DNA from: an uncultured cyanobacterium
GTDB lineage: Bacteria; Cyanobacteriota; Cyanobacteriia; Phormidesmidales; Phormidesmidaceae
NCBI GenBank assembly: GCA_963793265.1
Contig: CAWBZI010000006.1
Coordinates: 704,001-768,000, forward strand
Reading direction: 5' to 3'
Length of the DNA stretch: 64,000 bases
In this document: in pieces, positions 17,028 to 26,710 of the stretch
Layout of the letters: each line of letters begins with the position of its first letter
Numbering within the stretch: position 1 is the first letter of the stretch
Notes under the pieces: model-generated
The model's input: the letters and a program-made list of their open reading frames with translations, nothing else
The model's database searches: none
Told to the model about the DNA's origin: nothing
Translations under genes and position numbers: made by a program

Positions 17028-19979
17028 TTAGTGCACAGCCGCATTAGCAGGCGTCGAACTATTGAGCCCCTTCACGCCGCCCGCAGCAGCGCCAACCTTA
17101 GCATCCTTGATCTCCTTGATAGGATTATTAGGAAACGCCATCCCCTTCGGACTATCAGCAGATTCCTTCAGTTCTCCCGCACCTTCAATCAGCGGATTAC
17201 GCGCCTTGATAATCTCAATTGCCGCGCTCACGCTCTCAGGCAAGATCACCACCAACCCATCATCAGGGGCGTTGTCTAAAGCCCATGCGATCGCCTCGGC
17301 CTCATCCAAACAAATCTTGTGAGTACCGCTCTTATCTTCACACTCAGCACTCAAATCAGGCTGACTGCTTCCGCCGTCATCAGCATCGCTACTCTCAGCC
17401 TCCACACCTTTCGGCCCAAAACCTGTCCCTGCTTTTACCGTCACCTTCTCAACTTCAGGTGCTTGGCTAGCATCACTCGCCGCCACCGCATCCGTCTGAA
17501 TCTCGACCTCAACTGATTTGCCGACAATGCCCTTCGCAATCAGTTTGGCCACCTCACCCGGCTCACGTCCGCGCCTATCGCGATCTTCTTTTATCACCAC
17601 ACGATCAAATATCTGTGCTGATAGCTCGCCTAGCGCAACCAAATCTTCATCGCGGCGATCGCCCGGCGCACCAATCACGCCCACCGACTCACCCGGCCAG
17701 TTTTTCACAAAGCTACCCACGGCCTCATAACCAGCCGGATTGTGGGCGTAGTCAACCAGCGCATGAAAGCGACCCATATTGAACAGATTCATTCGACCTG
17801 GGATTTGCCCAGACGTTGCCTTGAAGCTCTTCAGCGCCGCGCGAATATCTTCTATTTTCACGCCTTGTACAAAGCCAACTAAGCTGGCAGCAAGGGCATT
17901 AGCAATCATAAAGGGCGCGCGTCCAGCCATCGTCACCGGCACGTTTTCGGCCTTTTCAATGCGTAAGAGCCAGTCGCGCTGCAAAATTGATAGGTAGCCT
18001 TCTTCGTAGACTGCGGCCACACCGCCTGCTTGAACGTGCGATCGCACCAACTCATTCTCAGCGTCCATCGAGAAATAAGCCACCTTAGCCCGCACACGCT
18101 CAGCCATCGCCACTACGCGCTCATCATCGGCATTTAGCACCACATAGCCCTCCGTTCGGACGGACTCTGCCACCACCGCTTTAAGCTTAGCAAGCTGATC
18201 TATCGTGTCGATATCGCCAATGCCCAGGTGATCGGCTGCTACGTTTAGCACCACGCCCACATCACACTGCTTAAAGGCAAGACCAGAGCGCAGTAACCCG
18301 CCTCGTGCTGTTTCCAATACCGCCATCTCTACCGTCGGATCTTGCAAAATCATCCGAGCACTCTGAGGCCCAGTCGTGTCGCCTTTTTCTACAAGATGGT
18401 CGCCTAGATAAATACCATCGGTCGTAGTAAAACCAACCACATCGTATACCTGACGGAAAATATGAGCCGTCAGCCGCGTTGTCGTCGTTTTCCCATTTGT
18501 CCCTGTGATCGCCACAATCGGAATCCGCGTCGGCTGATTGGGCGGCAGCAACATGTCCATAATCGGGCCAGCCACATTGCGCGGTACGCCCACGCTAGGA
18601 GCCACATGCATCCGCAGTCCTGGTGCAGCATTCACTTCCACAATCACGCTGTTGGTCACCTTCATTGGCTGGGAAATGTCGGTCGTGACAATATCAATGC
18701 CAGCCACATCTAAGCCAATCAAGCGAGACGCGCGCTCTGCAATCCAAATCGTCTCAGGATGGATCTCATCGGTTCGATCAATCGCAACGCCGCCTGTACT
18801 TAAGTTCGCAGTTTCTCTCAGATAGCAGATCTCGCCTGCTTCTAAAACGCTATCGAGCGTCAGCTTCTGAGTTCGCAACAGCTTTTCTGTGGTTTTATCG
18901 AACTGTATGTGAGTCAGAATATTATCGTGACCTTCGCCTCTACGGGGGTCTTTGTTTTCTTTCTCAACCAGCGCCTCAATCGTATCTTTGCCGTTGCCAA
19001 TCACGTGCGCGGGCACCCGTTCGGCCACCGCAATCACCTTATGATTCACCACCAAAACGCGGTGATCGCGGCCCCGATAAAAGTGCTCTACAATCACGCC
19101 ATCCGACACCTCACGAGCCTTGTCGTAGGCAATCTCAGCCTCTTCCCAAGTCTCGATTTCTAACGTAATACCGCGTCCGTGATTGCCGTTCAAAGGCTTC
19201 ACCACAATCGGATAGCCGCCTAAATAGTCCAGCGCATCTTCCATCTCACGCAGCGAATACACCACGCTACCTTTAGGTACCGGAATCCCAGCGCCTGCCA
19301 GCATCAGCTTTGTGCTTTCCTTATCACAGGCCAGTTCCACACCTAAAATGTTGCTATAGGCTGTTAGCGAAGCCTGTATACGCTTTTGATATTTGCCGTA
19401 GCCAAACTGAAGCAAATTACGCACGTCTAGCTCAAACCAGGGAATTTTGCGCGCTTCTGCCTCGCGTACCAAAGCTTCCGTACTAGGCCCTAGCGCCGCT
19501 TTTATCTTGAGATCTCTGAGATCTTCTAAGTCTTTTTGCAGCTCGGTGTTGGGATAGCCACCCGTCTCGACAATGCTTTCACAGATACGTAAAGCCGCTC
19601 TAGCCGCATAGCGCCCGGCCTGCTCGTTTTCATATTCAAACACAACCTGATAAACGCCAGGCGTTGCCGTTTCACGGGTACGGCCAAAGCCAACGTCCAT
19701 ACCGGCTAATGACTGTAATTCAATCGCAACATGTTCCATAATGTGACCCATCATGGTACCTTCCTGAAGCCGCTGCAAAAAGCCGCCTCTGTAGCCTGGA
19801 GAGCAAAAGTGCTCTATCAAGCTAGGCAGCGTGGTGAGCAGGCCATCGTAAAAGCCATCGATAGTATCAGAAGGACGATCTGCGAGTTCCTCCAGATCCA
19901 AGCGAACAACGATTAGGTTGGTATAACCGATGCTCCAGTAGTTGGGGCCGCGTAGCGTTTGGGTCTTGAGAATTTCCAT
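17028..19979 (-). CDS. cphA: Cyanophycin synthetase
   Basis: LRGPNYWS; N-domain C..GGF..R...GT...H..EH; ATP-grasp region (VVKPLNGNHGRG, EVNAAPG); Mur-ligase region (TGTNGKTTT, ETARGG, DYAHN). Confidence 0.97.
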   Translation of the reverse strand: MEILKTQTLRGPNYWSIGYTNLIVVRLDLEELADRPSDTIDGFYDGLLTTLPSLIEHFCSPGYRGGFLQRLQEGTMMGHIMEHVAIELQSLAGMDVGFGRTRETATPGVYQVVFEYENEQAGRYAARAALRICESIVETGGYPNTELQKDLEDLRDLKIKAALGPSTEALVREAEARKIPWFELDVRNLLQFGYGKYQKRIQASLTAYSNILGVELACDKESTKLMLAGAGIPVPKGSVVYSLREMEDALDYLGGYPIVVKPLNGNHGRGITLEIETWEEAEIAYDKAREVSDGVIVEHFYRGRDHRVLVVNHKVIAVAERVPAHVIGNGKDTIEALVEKENKDPRRGEGHDNILTHIQFDKTTEKLLRTQKLTLDSVLEAGEICYLRETANLSTGGVAIDRTDEIHPETIWIAERASRLIGLDVAGIDIVTTDISQPMKVTNSVIVEVNAAPGLRMHVAPSVGVPRNVAGPIMDMLLPPNQPTRIPIVAITGTNGKTTTTRLTAHIFRQVYDVVGFTTTDGIYLGDHLVEKGDTTGPQSARMILQDPTVEMAVLETARGGLLRSGLAFKQCDVGVVLNVAADHLGIGDIDTIDQLAKLKAVVAESVRTEGYVVLNADDERVVAMAERVRAKVAYFSMDAENELVRSHVQAGGVAAVYEEGYLSILQRDWLLRIEKAENVPVTMAGRAPFMIANALAASLVGFVQGVKIEDIRAALKSFKATSGQIPGRMNLFNMGRFHALVDYAHNPAGYEAVGSFVKNWPGESVGVIGAPGDRRDEDLVALGELSAQIFDRVVIKEDRDRRGREPGEVAKLIAKGIVGKSVEVEIQTDAVAASDASQAPEVEKVTVKAGTGFGPKGVEAESSDADDGGSSQPDLSAECEDKSGTHKICLDEAEAIAWALDNAPDDGLVVILPESVSAAIEIIKARNPLIEGAGELKESADSPKGMAFPNNPIKEIKDAKVGAAAGGVKGLNSSTPANAAVH

Positions 19980-20133
19980 AAGATTCGTAGGCGCATTTCT
20001 TTATCGCCAATGATCTAGATACAACGTGGGTAGCTTTTTCGTCTGTTTTTTAACTCTTTAGCCTTCTAACTCTCTATGGATTTCGGCACGTTTGGAATGT
20101 CAAAAACCCTTAGAGAAAAGTCGTTAAACGACA

Positions 20134-20976
20134 CTAGAATAGAAGAGAACGATTTTTATAATCATACCGATCGCCTCGATTTAGCACATGCAATTTAAGG
20201 TTATGCAGGCTAAGAGGAGCCGTATCTTCGGCCCTGACATAGTTGGTATGGCTCAGGTGACCCGAATCAATCACGGTAATAGAGCCTTTGCCTAGCACTT
20301 GAAAAGTACCGTCGCCAGCAAGAGCGATGCAGGTGTCTTCATCAATGCCAATACCTAGCTTGTCAGGGTTGGCTGCGATCGCACTGAGCAAGCGCGCCAT
20401 TCGATTTCGATTGTGAAAATGTTGGTCAACAAGCAACTCAGGAACAATTGCTAGGCCCACTGATAAGTCTACCAGAGCTTTGTTAGGTGATTCACCGCTG
20501 CTGCCGCCTGCGATCATTTTTTCGCCCATCATGGCTGCGCCTGCGCTCGTACCTGCTAGGACGACTCTGCCCGCTGCGAGCTTTGCTCTAATCGCTTTGA
20601 TCAGGCGCGTATCACCGAGCAGATCGCACAGGCGCACCTGATCGCCGCCGGTAACAAAGATGCCGCTACAGTCATTAAGCGCATCTATCCACCGTGATTC
20701 TTCGCACTCTTCACGATGGCGAATGTCCATCACCTGGACTTGCTTTGCGCCCATTTTGGTAAAAATTTGATAGTAGCGATCGCCCACAATCGTAGGCTCT
20801 CGCGAGGCTGCTGGGATGATACCAATCGTTGCCATATCGCCACCGGCACTTTCAAAAAAAGCCTTGAGGATATCACAACCATTCGTTTTATCTTCTGCCC
20901 CACCAATGATCATCACTGGGTACCGGGTAGAAATTGTCATAGACTGTTGAGCCAAACGAGATTGCAGTTCCAGCAT
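20134..20976 (-). CDS. cphB: Cyanophycinase
   Basis: IIGGAEDK, TGGDQ, GTSAGA (Ser nucleophile), DQHFHNRNRMARL, GIDEDT. The start is either 20976 or 21006. Confidence 0.96.
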   Translation of the reverse strand: MLELQSRLAQQSMTISTRYPVMIIGGAEDKTNGCDILKAFFESAGGDMATIGIIPAASREPTIVGDRYYQIFTKMGAKQVQVMDIRHREECEESRWIDALNDCSGIFVTGGDQVRLCDLLGDTRLIKAIRAKLAAGRVVLAGTSAGAAMMGEKMIAGGSSGESPNKALVDLSVGLAIVPELLVDQHFHNRNRMARLLSAIAANPDKLGIGIDEDTCIALAGDGTFQVLGKGSITVIDSGHLSHTNYVRAEDTAPLSLHNLKLHVLNRGDRYDYKNRSLLF

Positions 20977-21093
20977 AAAACTATCCCAGCGATTTATTAA
21001 CGTCATGCACCAAAAGCAGTCCTAAACAACCGAATTAACGTCTAAGTCTCCCTACGTGAATTCATGGTCTAGTTTAGAACGCTAACACCCCGC

Positions 21094-21136
21094 ACTCTAT
21101 CAAGGCTTCATGACATGGTTTTGTATAAAATTTAAC
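21094..21136 (-). promoter_or_regulatory. Candidate class II NtcA-activated promoter for cphB
   Basis: Minus strand GTT-AAATTTTA-TAC (21136-21123), 23-nt spacer, then TAGAGT (TAN3T, 21099-21094). Confidence 0.5.
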
Positions 21137-21223
21137 TAGAGCTTAATTTTTAGCGAGTGAGTGAGGGGGCTTTACAATGGTGATCAGTCGCGATCCCTAT
21201 CTATTGAATCCTTAACTACAAAC

Positions 21224-21490
21224 ATGAGCAAAGAAGAAGTTAACCAGTCTATCGAAGCGCTCCATGCTGAAATTGCGCAGCTTGATACACCAGATACTGC
21301 GGTGAGAGAAAAGTTGCTAGCGCTGATCAGCGATGTTGAAAAGCAAATGCAAGATCCTGATAGCGTGGCGCACAAGGAAGCAAACTTACAAAATCTGCCA
21401 TCGTTAATAGAGCAGTTTGAAAGCGAGCACCCCAAAGTGACGACGACACTGGGTCGATTGCTCAATACGCTTAGCAGCCTTGGTATCTAG
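21224..21490 (+). CDS. DUF4404 family protein
   Basis: Helical protein ending IEQFESEHPKVTTTLGRLLNTLSSLGI. ATG 21224. Confidence 0.8.
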   Translation: MSKEEVNQSIEALHAEIAQLDTPDTAVREKLLALISDVEKQMQDPDSVAHKEANLQNLPSLIEQFESEHPKVTTTLGRLLNTLSSLGI

Positions 21491-21503
21491 TTACGTTTAA
21501 GCG

Positions 21504-21992
21504 TTATCCATGGCAGTGCTTGAAGAGTTTTCCGCTGCCGCACCAGCAGGGCTCGGTTCGCTTAGGCTGATAGGGCAGTAGCATTTCGCCCGTGGTATAC
21601 AGCCAGCGACCCGATGACTTGATGAAGTGCGATCGCTCGTGCATCTGCCTCACCTCACCTACAGACTGAGCCATCAACACTGATCCTGCTGGCTGATAGG
21701 CGGCAACAAATTCTACAATGCCGGTTTTGTCTCTAGTCTTGCCTTTTTGAGTGCTGACGATTAACAAGTTCAGCCAGCGGGTGTTCTTTATGCTTTGAGC
21801 AAGGCTGGCGCGCGTCTCAGGCGTTTTGTGCGTGGCGATCAGGTAGTCAATTTGGCCCTGATGAAAGGCGGTATAGCGCGATCGCATCAAGGCTTCTGCG
21901 GTAGGGGCGCTCACTTCACCGGCTAAATACAGCCCGCAGCAGTTTGATAGCGTCTTTTGAGAACCACACGGGCATAAAGCCGACTCGCTCAC
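21504..21992 (-). CDS. ychJ: YchJ family protein with SEC-C motifs
   Basis: CPCGS, TAEALMRSRYTAF, VEFVA, HERSHF, PCWCGSGKLFKHCHG. Confidence 0.9.
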   Translation of the reverse strand: MSESALCPCGSQKTLSNCCGLYLAGEVSAPTAEALMRSRYTAFHQGQIDYLIATHKTPETRASLAQSIKNTRWLNLLIVSTQKGKTRDKTGIVEFVAAYQPAGSVLMAQSVGEVRQMHERSHFIKSSGRWLYTTGEMLLPYQPKRTEPCWCGSGKLFKHCHG

Positions 21993-22357
21993 GACTTGCC
22001 GCCATCCACACTGATCAGCCCAGGGCCGTTTGCAATCGTCATTAGTAGCCCGCCAATCAGGGCCAGATTTTTTAAAAAGCCAGTCAAATCTCCTGGCAAA
22101 GGATGAAAGAGTAGCGTCGTTGGAATCAGGAACAAAATGAGCAGCACAGCGCCTACTTTTGTCTTGTAGCCCAGCACTAAAGAAATTGCACCTAGCAGCA
22201 AAAAGACGACGGTTCCAACTGCCAGCACAGGCGCAGCAGGCAACCCCTTTTCGCTAATGGCTGATACGAGTCCTTGGAATCCAGTGAGATGATTAATCCC
22301 CGAGTTCAAAAAGATAAGTGCTAGGCAAATGCGGCCTGCTAAAGGGAGATAAGCCAT
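21989..22357 (-). CDS. DoxX family membrane protein
   Basis: GRICLALIF, FLIPTTLLFH, FLKNLALIGGLL, GPG. Confidence 0.88.
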   Translation of the reverse strand: MAYLPLAGRICLALIFLNSGINHLTGFQGLVSAISEKGLPAAPVLAVGTVVFLLLGAISLVLGYKTKVGAVLLILFLIPTTLLFHPLPGDLTGFLKNLALIGGLLMTIANGPGLISVDGGKS

Positions 22358-22511
22358 AGATAGATTGAGCCTCTAGATCCGATAAAGAGGTATTTTAACG
22401 ATTTCATGGACGACGTAGATGAGAGGCGCATAATTTACGCAACTTCCAATCAACTTCAAACTGACCAGACCGCGCTGCCGCTAAAATAGACGCACCCGCC
22501 AAGTAGTACTT

Positions 22512-23834
22512 ATGTCTCAGTCTGTCTCTGTACCTACCGACACTATCCCCGAAGTCCTTCCAGGCATAGCGCTTTCTCAGCAGCAGTGGCAAAGCTTGCA
22601 GGCGCTCGAAGATTTTGTGAATAGCGATGAGAAAATCTATCTACTAACAGGCTATGCGGGCACAGGCAAAACGACGCTGCTACAGGCGCTCATTGCCAGG
22701 TTGCAGCAGCAGTACGATGCTAGACCGATTGCGCTCACGGCCCTGAGTAATAAGGCGACTAAGGTATTGCAGGCGATGGCCTATCGGTGGGGCTGCGAAG
22801 TAGACTGCATGACCTGCTGTAAGCTGCTGGGCTTAAGGCCAGTGATTGATAAGGAAACGGGCGGGCAGAAGTTTGAGCCGGATCGCGATCGCAAAAATCT
22901 CACCACTGAATACGATTTGGTCGTGGTAGACGAATGCTCCATGATCAATCAGGAGATGTGGGAGCTGCTAGTTAATTCAGTTTCAAGACTCACCGATGGT
23001 ACGCAGCTATTGTTTGTAGGCGATTCGGCTCAGCTACCGCCTGTAGGTGAAGAAGAAGCCCCTTGCTTTGAAAGAATTTTCCACCGCAGCGATCTCACTG
23101 AAGTCATTCGCTATGGCGGCGCAATCGGCCTGCTAGCTGAAGACATTCGCACCAACTTAGAGCGGCCCGCTATGCCGCAGCCCAGCAACGACTATAACGA
23201 GGCCCACACCGAAGGCATTTTCACCGTGCCGCAGCCGCAGTGGGAAAAGCTCATGCTTAGGGCCTTTAAGAGCAAAGCCTACGAAAAAGACCCCGACCAC
23301 GTGCGCGTACTGGCCTACACTAACGCTAGAGTCAACTACCTAAACAACAAAATTCGCGCGGCCATTTATGGCGACAAAGCCGCCCGATTCGTTTCAGGCG
23401 AGCGGCTAATCGCCAAAAACGTCTGCATGGGCAAAGACCGCATTCTCCTGCAAACTTCTGAAGAGTGCATGGTGATGGAAGCCTATCTGGTGCGCTTTGA
23501 AGGCTGGCTGGTATGGGAGCTAGAGATCGTCACTGAAGACCATCAGGAAAAGAAGCTCAGGGTTCTGCACGAGGATGAACAAACGCGCTTTAAAGGACTT
23601 CTGTCTGATTACTCCGAAAAAAAGCAGTGGATGGCCTTTTGGGACTACAAGCAGCTTTTTCACGAGCTGAGCTACGCCTACAGCCTTACCGTCCACAAAA
23701 GCCAGGGCTCTACCTTTCAAGACGTATTCGTAGACGTGCCTAATCTGATGCTGAATCGCAAAGTCACCGAGCGCAACCAGCTTTACTACGTGGCATTTAC
23801 GCGGGCAGCAAAGCGGCTGTTTTTATGCCGGTAG
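22512..23834 (+). CDS. SF1B DNA helicase (RecD/Dda-like)
   Basis: GYAGTGKTT, VVDECSM, GDSAQLPPV, LTEVIR, TVHKSQGSTF, LYYVAFTRA. Confidence 0.9.
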   Translation: MSQSVSVPTDTIPEVLPGIALSQQQWQSLQALEDFVNSDEKIYLLTGYAGTGKTTLLQALIARLQQQYDARPIALTALSNKATKVLQAMAYRWGCEVDCMTCCKLLGLRPVIDKETGGQKFEPDRDRKNLTTEYDLVVVDECSMINQEMWELLVNSVSRLTDGTQLLFVGDSAQLPPVGEEEAPCFERIFHRSDLTEVIRYGGAIGLLAEDIRTNLERPAMPQPSNDYNEAHTEGIFTVPQPQWEKLMLRAFKSKAYEKDPDHVRVLAYTNARVNYLNNKIRAAIYGDKAARFVSGERLIAKNVCMGKDRILLQTSEECMVMEAYLVRFEGWLVWELEIVTEDHQEKKLRVLHEDEQTRFKGLLSDYSEKKQWMAFWDYKQLFHELSYAYSLTVHKSQGSTFQDVFVDVPNLMLNRKVTERNQLYYVAFTRAAKRLFLCR

Positions 23835-24236
23835 TTCTGTCGCCATCGGACTACAAAACTCTATCAGTGTGCCTTCTATCGCACGGACATAGGCAACCGT
23901 TTGCCCCCAAGGTTTCTCTTTAGGCGGCGCGACTGGCAGCGCCCCTTCATCTAGCGCCTTTTTATAGTCGGCCTCTACATCCTTGCTCACCAGCGCTAGC
24001 TCAAAGCCAAACGGCGTTTTCTCTAAGTCAGACTTCTGATAAAGCCCTTGCAGATTTGTTTGCCCTAAATCATGCGAAGCAAAGGCCAAAACGGTTTCTC
24101 CCGTTTGCAGCTCGCCGTAGTCAACCGTGCCGCCATCCTCATACACCATCCGCGTTTCAAACCCAAACGCTCGGGTGTAAAAGTCCATTGTTTTGTTCAC
24201 GTCAGCGACATAAATAATCACGTATCCTAGTTTCAT
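23823..24236 (-). CDS. VOC (glyoxalase/bleomycin resistance) family protein
   Basis: YVIIYVADV, YGELQTG, KPWGQTVAYV. Confidence 0.88.
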   Translation of the reverse strand: MKLGYVIIYVADVNKTMDFYTRAFGFETRMVYEDGGTVDYGELQTGETVLAFASHDLGQTNLQGLYQKSDLEKTPFGFELALVSKDVEADYKKALDEGALPVAPPKEKPWGQTVAYVRAIEGTLIEFCSPMATELPA

Positions 24237-24276
24237 TCGCTATACCTATTTACGTACCTTTTAATCTCTGATCATT

Positions 24277-24849
24277 ATGACGACTGTTGCAATTATCTAT
24301 TTTTCAGGCGAAGGCCACACCCACAGCATGGCCGAATCTTTTGCCGAAGGCGTGAAGTCTGTTGAAGATACCACCGCCAAACTATTCAGAATTACCGGGG
24401 ATCAGATCGTCGAGGGTCGCTGGCAGGGTGAAGACACCCTTGCTGAGATTAGTCGCTGCGAGGCGATTGTGCTGGGCTCGCCAACCTATATGGGTGGCGT
24501 AGCAGCGCAGCTCAAAGCCTTTATAGACGCAGCGGGCGGCATCTGGTTCAGCCAGGGCTGGAAAGACAAAATTGCAGGTGGATTTACCCACTCGGGTTCT
24601 CCTAGCGGCGATAAGCAGGGTACGCTGCTCTACCTGGCAACTCACGCGGCGCAGCACAGCATGATTTGGATGGGGCCAGGCGTTATGCCTGACGAAACTG
24701 GCGTTAACCGCTTGGGCTCATTCTTAGGCGCGATGGGCAGCGGACATGAGGAGAACGTTGATGAAGGCGATCTCAAAACGGCTTGGTTGTATGGACAACG
24801 AATTGCTAAGGCGAGTCATGCGGTAAAGGCACTGGCTGGTGATAAATAG
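24277..24849 (+). CDS. WrbA-like flavodoxin family protein
   Basis: IYFSGEGHT, GSPTYMG, WKDKIAGGFT, SGDK. Confidence 0.88.
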   Translation: MTTVAIIYFSGEGHTHSMAESFAEGVKSVEDTTAKLFRITGDQIVEGRWQGEDTLAEISRCEAIVLGSPTYMGGVAAQLKAFIDAAGGIWFSQGWKDKIAGGFTHSGSPSGDKQGTLLYLATHAAQHSMIWMGPGVMPDETGVNRLGSFLGAMGSGHEENVDEGDLKTAWLYGQRIAKASHAVKALAGDK

Positions 24850-26506
24850 AAGGTCTAAGGTGCTGCTCTGCTCGATTGAGCGCTTCTAGCCGACTGGCTA
24901 GCGTATTCTCAGGTGGCAGCATGTCCAAAATGCCCAGCGCACTTAGCCGCTGCTGGGCATGGCCTTTGGCTCCTACGATAAAAACAAGCCGCTGCTTGGC
25001 GATCGCATCTCCCACAATATTCTCAATCGCCAGCGCCGCCGTCACCCCCACTCTAGGCGCATCCGCCAAGTCCAAAATCAGCGCCTCAAACTGATTGACG
25101 ATCGTCATTCGCTGCGAAATCGTCCTAGCCGCACCAAAGCTCATTGGCCCGCTCAGGCGAAACAGCAGCAACCGGCCTTCCATCGTGGCCAGAAGCGATC
25201 GCTCCTCTTCAGTCAGGCTTTCATCATCCGGGCTCACAATTGCCCGCACGTGCTTCCGCTGCTCATCGGTAACGGTTTTCACCGTCAGCAAATTCGACAC
25301 AAAAATGCCCGCCCCCACCGCCGTAATTAAATCGACAAACACGGTCAAAAACAGCACACCGTACATCACCCAGGCCGCCTTCCAAGACACCCGATGCGCC
25401 CGCTTCAAAAAGCTCCAGTCAATAATATCGATTCCGACCTTCATTAAAATACCGGCCAGCACCGCCAGCGGAATCTGCCCAGTAATCGAGCCTGCACCCA
25501 GCACCACCATCAATAGAATGAGCGCGTGAACAATGCCCGACAGCGGCGTCTTCCCGCCCGACTTCACATTGATTACCGTACGCATCGTTGCCCCGGCTCC
25601 CGGCAGGCCGCCCATCAGCCCAGACACCATATTGCCGATTCCCTGACCAATCAGCTCGCGGTCAGAGTCATGCTGAGTGCGCGTAATATTGTCAGCCACC
25701 AAAGAGGTGAGCAGTGAGTCAATCGCGCCCAAAGTGGCCAGCACTAGGCCGTAGCCGAGCATATCACGCAGGGCTTCTGGGTTAAATTCTGGTCGTTGAA
25801 AGGTAGGTAGGCCGTTAGGAATATCACCAATACGCGGCACTGCATCGCTTGCCAGCAGTAAAGAAACACCAGTGACGACAACCAGCGCGACCAGCGGCGC
25901 AGGCAAGATTCGATTGATCTTGCGTGGCATACCAAAAACAATTACCAGCGTCAGCAAACCTAAGCTCGCTGCCGTCCAGTTTGCTTGGGCAATCACGCTC
26001 GACACCGCAGCAATAGAATCGGTCACACTACCGGAGCCAACAGCCCCAAAAAAGGGTGCAATTTGCAGCACCAAAATAATCACGCCAATGCCTGACATAA
26101 AGCCCGAGATCACCGTGTAGGGCATGAGCGTGATGTAGTCGCCCAAGCGCAGTAGCCCAAAGCAAACTTGAAACAGCCCGCCCAGCATCACAACGGTAAA
26201 AACCATTGCGACACCAGCCTCAGGATACTTAGCGACTAATCCTGTAAAAACGGTGGACATCACCACCGTCATCGGGCCAGTAGGGCCCGATATCTGCGAT
26301 GGCGTGCCGCCAAAGAGCGCCGCGAAAAAGCCGGTTGCGATCGCACCATAAAGCCCGGCTTCTGCACCTAAACCCGAGGAGACACCGAAGGCCAAAGCGA
26401 GCGGGAGAGCAACCACTGCTGCCGTCATCCCGCCAAAAAAGTCGCCGCGCAAGTTTTGGAAGCTAAGCCGGTTAATCTTAATCGCACGAGCCATAGATAA
26501 GGTCAC
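24806..26506 (-). CDS. bicA: SulP-family Na+/bicarbonate transporter (BicA-like) with STAS domain
   Basis: ALPLALAFG, SGPTGPMTVV, IDSLLTS, ELIGQG, GAGATMRT, STAS GPMSFG. The 3' end overlaps the convergent flavodoxin gene by 44 bp. Confidence 0.85.
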   Translation of the reverse strand: MTLSMARAIKINRLSFQNLRGDFFGGMTAAVVALPLALAFGVSSGLGAEAGLYGAIATGFFAALFGGTPSQISGPTGPMTVVMSTVFTGLVAKYPEAGVAMVFTVVMLGGLFQVCFGLLRLGDYITLMPYTVISGFMSGIGVIILVLQIAPFFGAVGSGSVTDSIAAVSSVIAQANWTAASLGLLTLVIVFGMPRKINRILPAPLVALVVVTGVSLLLASDAVPRIGDIPNGLPTFQRPEFNPEALRDMLGYGLVLATLGAIDSLLTSLVADNITRTQHDSDRELIGQGIGNMVSGLMGGLPGAGATMRTVINVKSGGKTPLSGIVHALILLMVVLGAGSITGQIPLAVLAGILMKVGIDIIDWSFLKRAHRVSWKAAWVMYGVLFLTVFVDLITAVGAGIFVSNLLTVKTVTDEQRKHVRAIVSPDDESLTEEERSLLATMEGRLLLFRLSGPMSFGAARTISQRMTIVNQFEALILDLADAPRVGVTAALAIENIVGDAIAKQRLVFIVGAKGHAQQRLSALGILDMLPPENTLASRLEALNRAEQHLRPSIYHQPVPLPHDSP

Positions 26507-26710
26507 ATAACAGCTCAGACTTCAGATGGTAAACGGAAATGAGGACACCGAGAGCAGCATTCGTTACTGGCGACTATTCTTAAGCGTTTTTTGAGGATGG
26601 TTAAGACTTTGTGAGCACCTCAGCGACAAACGTGATTTTTTATACCTTAACCGTGCGTTTGGGCATCTTAAACCTAGTTTTTGTGCCCAATATTTACGTA
26701 GTCGGTAGCT

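Noticed and set aside
21901..21914. GTAGGGGCG inside ychJ as a REP copy
   Set aside because: Lies in coding sequence (SAPT) and has no complementary arm.
22505..22518. AGTACTTATGTCTC as a LexA box at the helicase start
   Set aside because: The right half-site has two mismatches and overlaps the start codon; too weak to call.
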